Shown here: piece after piece, positions 23,121 through 24,000 of the stretch
Position numbering within the stretch: position 1 is the first letter of the stretch
Layout of the letters: every line of letters starts with the position of its first letter
Source of the DNA: Mycobacterium phage Rope
DNA: 24,000 nt
Reading direction: 5' to 3' (one strand)
Sequence record: MT684602.1
Notes under the pieces: model-generated
What the model saw: the letters and a program-made list of their open reading frames with translations, nothing else
Database searches by the model: none
What the model was told of the DNA's origin: nothing
Translations under genes and position numbers: made by a program

Positions 23121-23270
23121 ATGGTGGTGGACATAACCCCTGATCAGCGTAAACTTCGCGATCACGTTCTCGCAGGTCAGAGCATCACAGAGCGTCAACC
23201 TCACGGCCGAAAACACAGTCACCTAGCGGATCTAGCGCGACGGCGCGCGAAAGAGGATGGACAAACTTGA
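23121..23270 (+). CDS. Small basic protein (start 23121 or 23052)
   Basis: MVVDITPDQRKLRDHVLAGQSITERQPHGRKHSHLADLARRRAKEDGQT; stop overlaps next TTG start. Confidence 0.5.
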   Translation: MVVDITPDQRKLRDHVLAGQSITERQPHGRKHSHLADLARRRAKEDGQT

Positions 23271-24000
23271 ACGCACCCAAGAACATCGGAGCGGCAGCAC
23301 CATTCGCGAAAGCGGCCTTGGAGTACACCTTGAAGGGGTGGAACGTTCTGCCATTGCCTCCCAACAAGAAGAAGTCACCACCCAGCAAAGAGGACGACGA
23401 ACAGGGTCTAGGGTTTACGGGGCGCAACGGCCGACTTGCCACACGCGATGACATAGATGCCTGGATACAGGACAAGCGGTGGCGCAAGGGCAACATTGCG
23501 GTACGGCCAGGCAACGAGGTCACCAACGACGGTGAGGCCTACGAGGTCATAGGGATTGACGTCGACGACTACGACGGGAAGAGCGGCGCGGCTCACCTGG
23601 AAGAGCTGATCAAAACCTATGGGCCACTACCAAATACGTGGACAAGCTCGGCACGCGACGACGGCAAGAGCGGCATCCGCTGGTTCCTGACTCCAGTTGG
23701 CTACGAGTACATGGGCAAGCCGGTGCTGCCATCCACAGGCCGCGCCAGCGATAGTATCGAAATCGTACAGAGAGTGCACCGTTACGGCCTGGTGTTCCCT
23801 TCGATGCACCCCGACGGCATGCAATACCGTTGGTACGATAGGGGGCAGGCCCCTGACGGCATCCACGTCAACGACCGTATCCCTAGGGTGCAAGAGCTGG
23901 CTGTACTGCCTGAGCGCTGGTGGAAGTTCTTGACTCGCAACGGCGTTGCCAACGCCGGTGGCGCTGTGATCGACATGCAGAGCACCAATGCACAGCTACG
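23267..24000 (+). CDS. Bifunctional DNA primase/polymerase (prim-pol N-terminal domain), truncated by window end
   Basis: TTG 23267 after AAGAGGATGG; NIGAAAPFAKAALEYTLKGWNVLPLPPNKKKSPPS...YEVIGIDVDDYDGKSG...GKSGIRWFLTP...SIEIVQRVHRYGLVFPSMHPDG. Absent from the ORF track because no stop occurs in the window. Confidence 0.8.
   Translation, partial: MNAPKNIGAAAPFAKAALEYTLKGWNVLPLPPNKKKSPPSKEDDEQGLGFTGRNGRLATRDDIDAWIQDKRWRKGNIAVRPGNEVTNDGEAYEVIGIDVDDYDGKSGAAHLEELIKTYGPLPNTWTSSARDDGKSGIRWFLTPVGYEYMGKPVLPSTGRASDSIEIVQRVHRYGLVFPSMHPDGMQYRWYDRGQAPDGIHVNDRIPRVQELAVLPERWWKFLTRNGVANAGGAVIDMQSTNAQL

Noticed and set aside
1-24000. CRISPR array, transposon ends, integrase or retron/DGR systems
   Set aside because: No regularly spaced identical repeats, no transposase/integrase or reverse transcriptase motifs were recognised in any frame provided.

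Overview
This window is phage-like DNA, most consistent with a lytic actinobacteriophage: tightly packed, overlapping, all-plus-strand genes. It holds the replication/recombination region plus two arrays of small genes. Recognisable products are a DUF932-family protein, an O-methyltransferase, an SNF2-family helicase, a PD-(D/E)XK/Cas4-like exonuclease, a RecA-like P-loop ATPase (Sak4-like), a putative ssDNA-binding protein, a DNA polymerase III alpha split into a PHP ORF and a polymerase ORF with a small ORF between them, a thymidylate-synthase-superfamily protein, an SPFH/Band 7 protein, a nucleoside 2-deoxyribosyltransferase-like protein, a RuvC-like resolvase, a MazG-like protein and a partial prim-pol. 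Two observations stand out. (1) Nine intergenic tRNA-like minihelices have no D arm, and eight have no anticodon arm. Seven share the exact layout 5-bp stem + 11-nt linker containing GGCA + 6-bp T-stem + 7-nt T-loop + closing strands = 40 nt, with extensive covariation. They begin 6-14 nt after a stop codon, are usually followed by a second hairpin and then a GAGGATGG/GGGGATGG ribosome-binding site. (2) A ~1.16-kb gap (8734-9895) has no credible CDS but contains two abutting long helices (17 bp and 17 of 18 bp) and many further hairpins. It is a candidate giant ornate ncRNA (GOLLD/ROOL-like or new). All structures were found by eye; none was computed with folding or database software.
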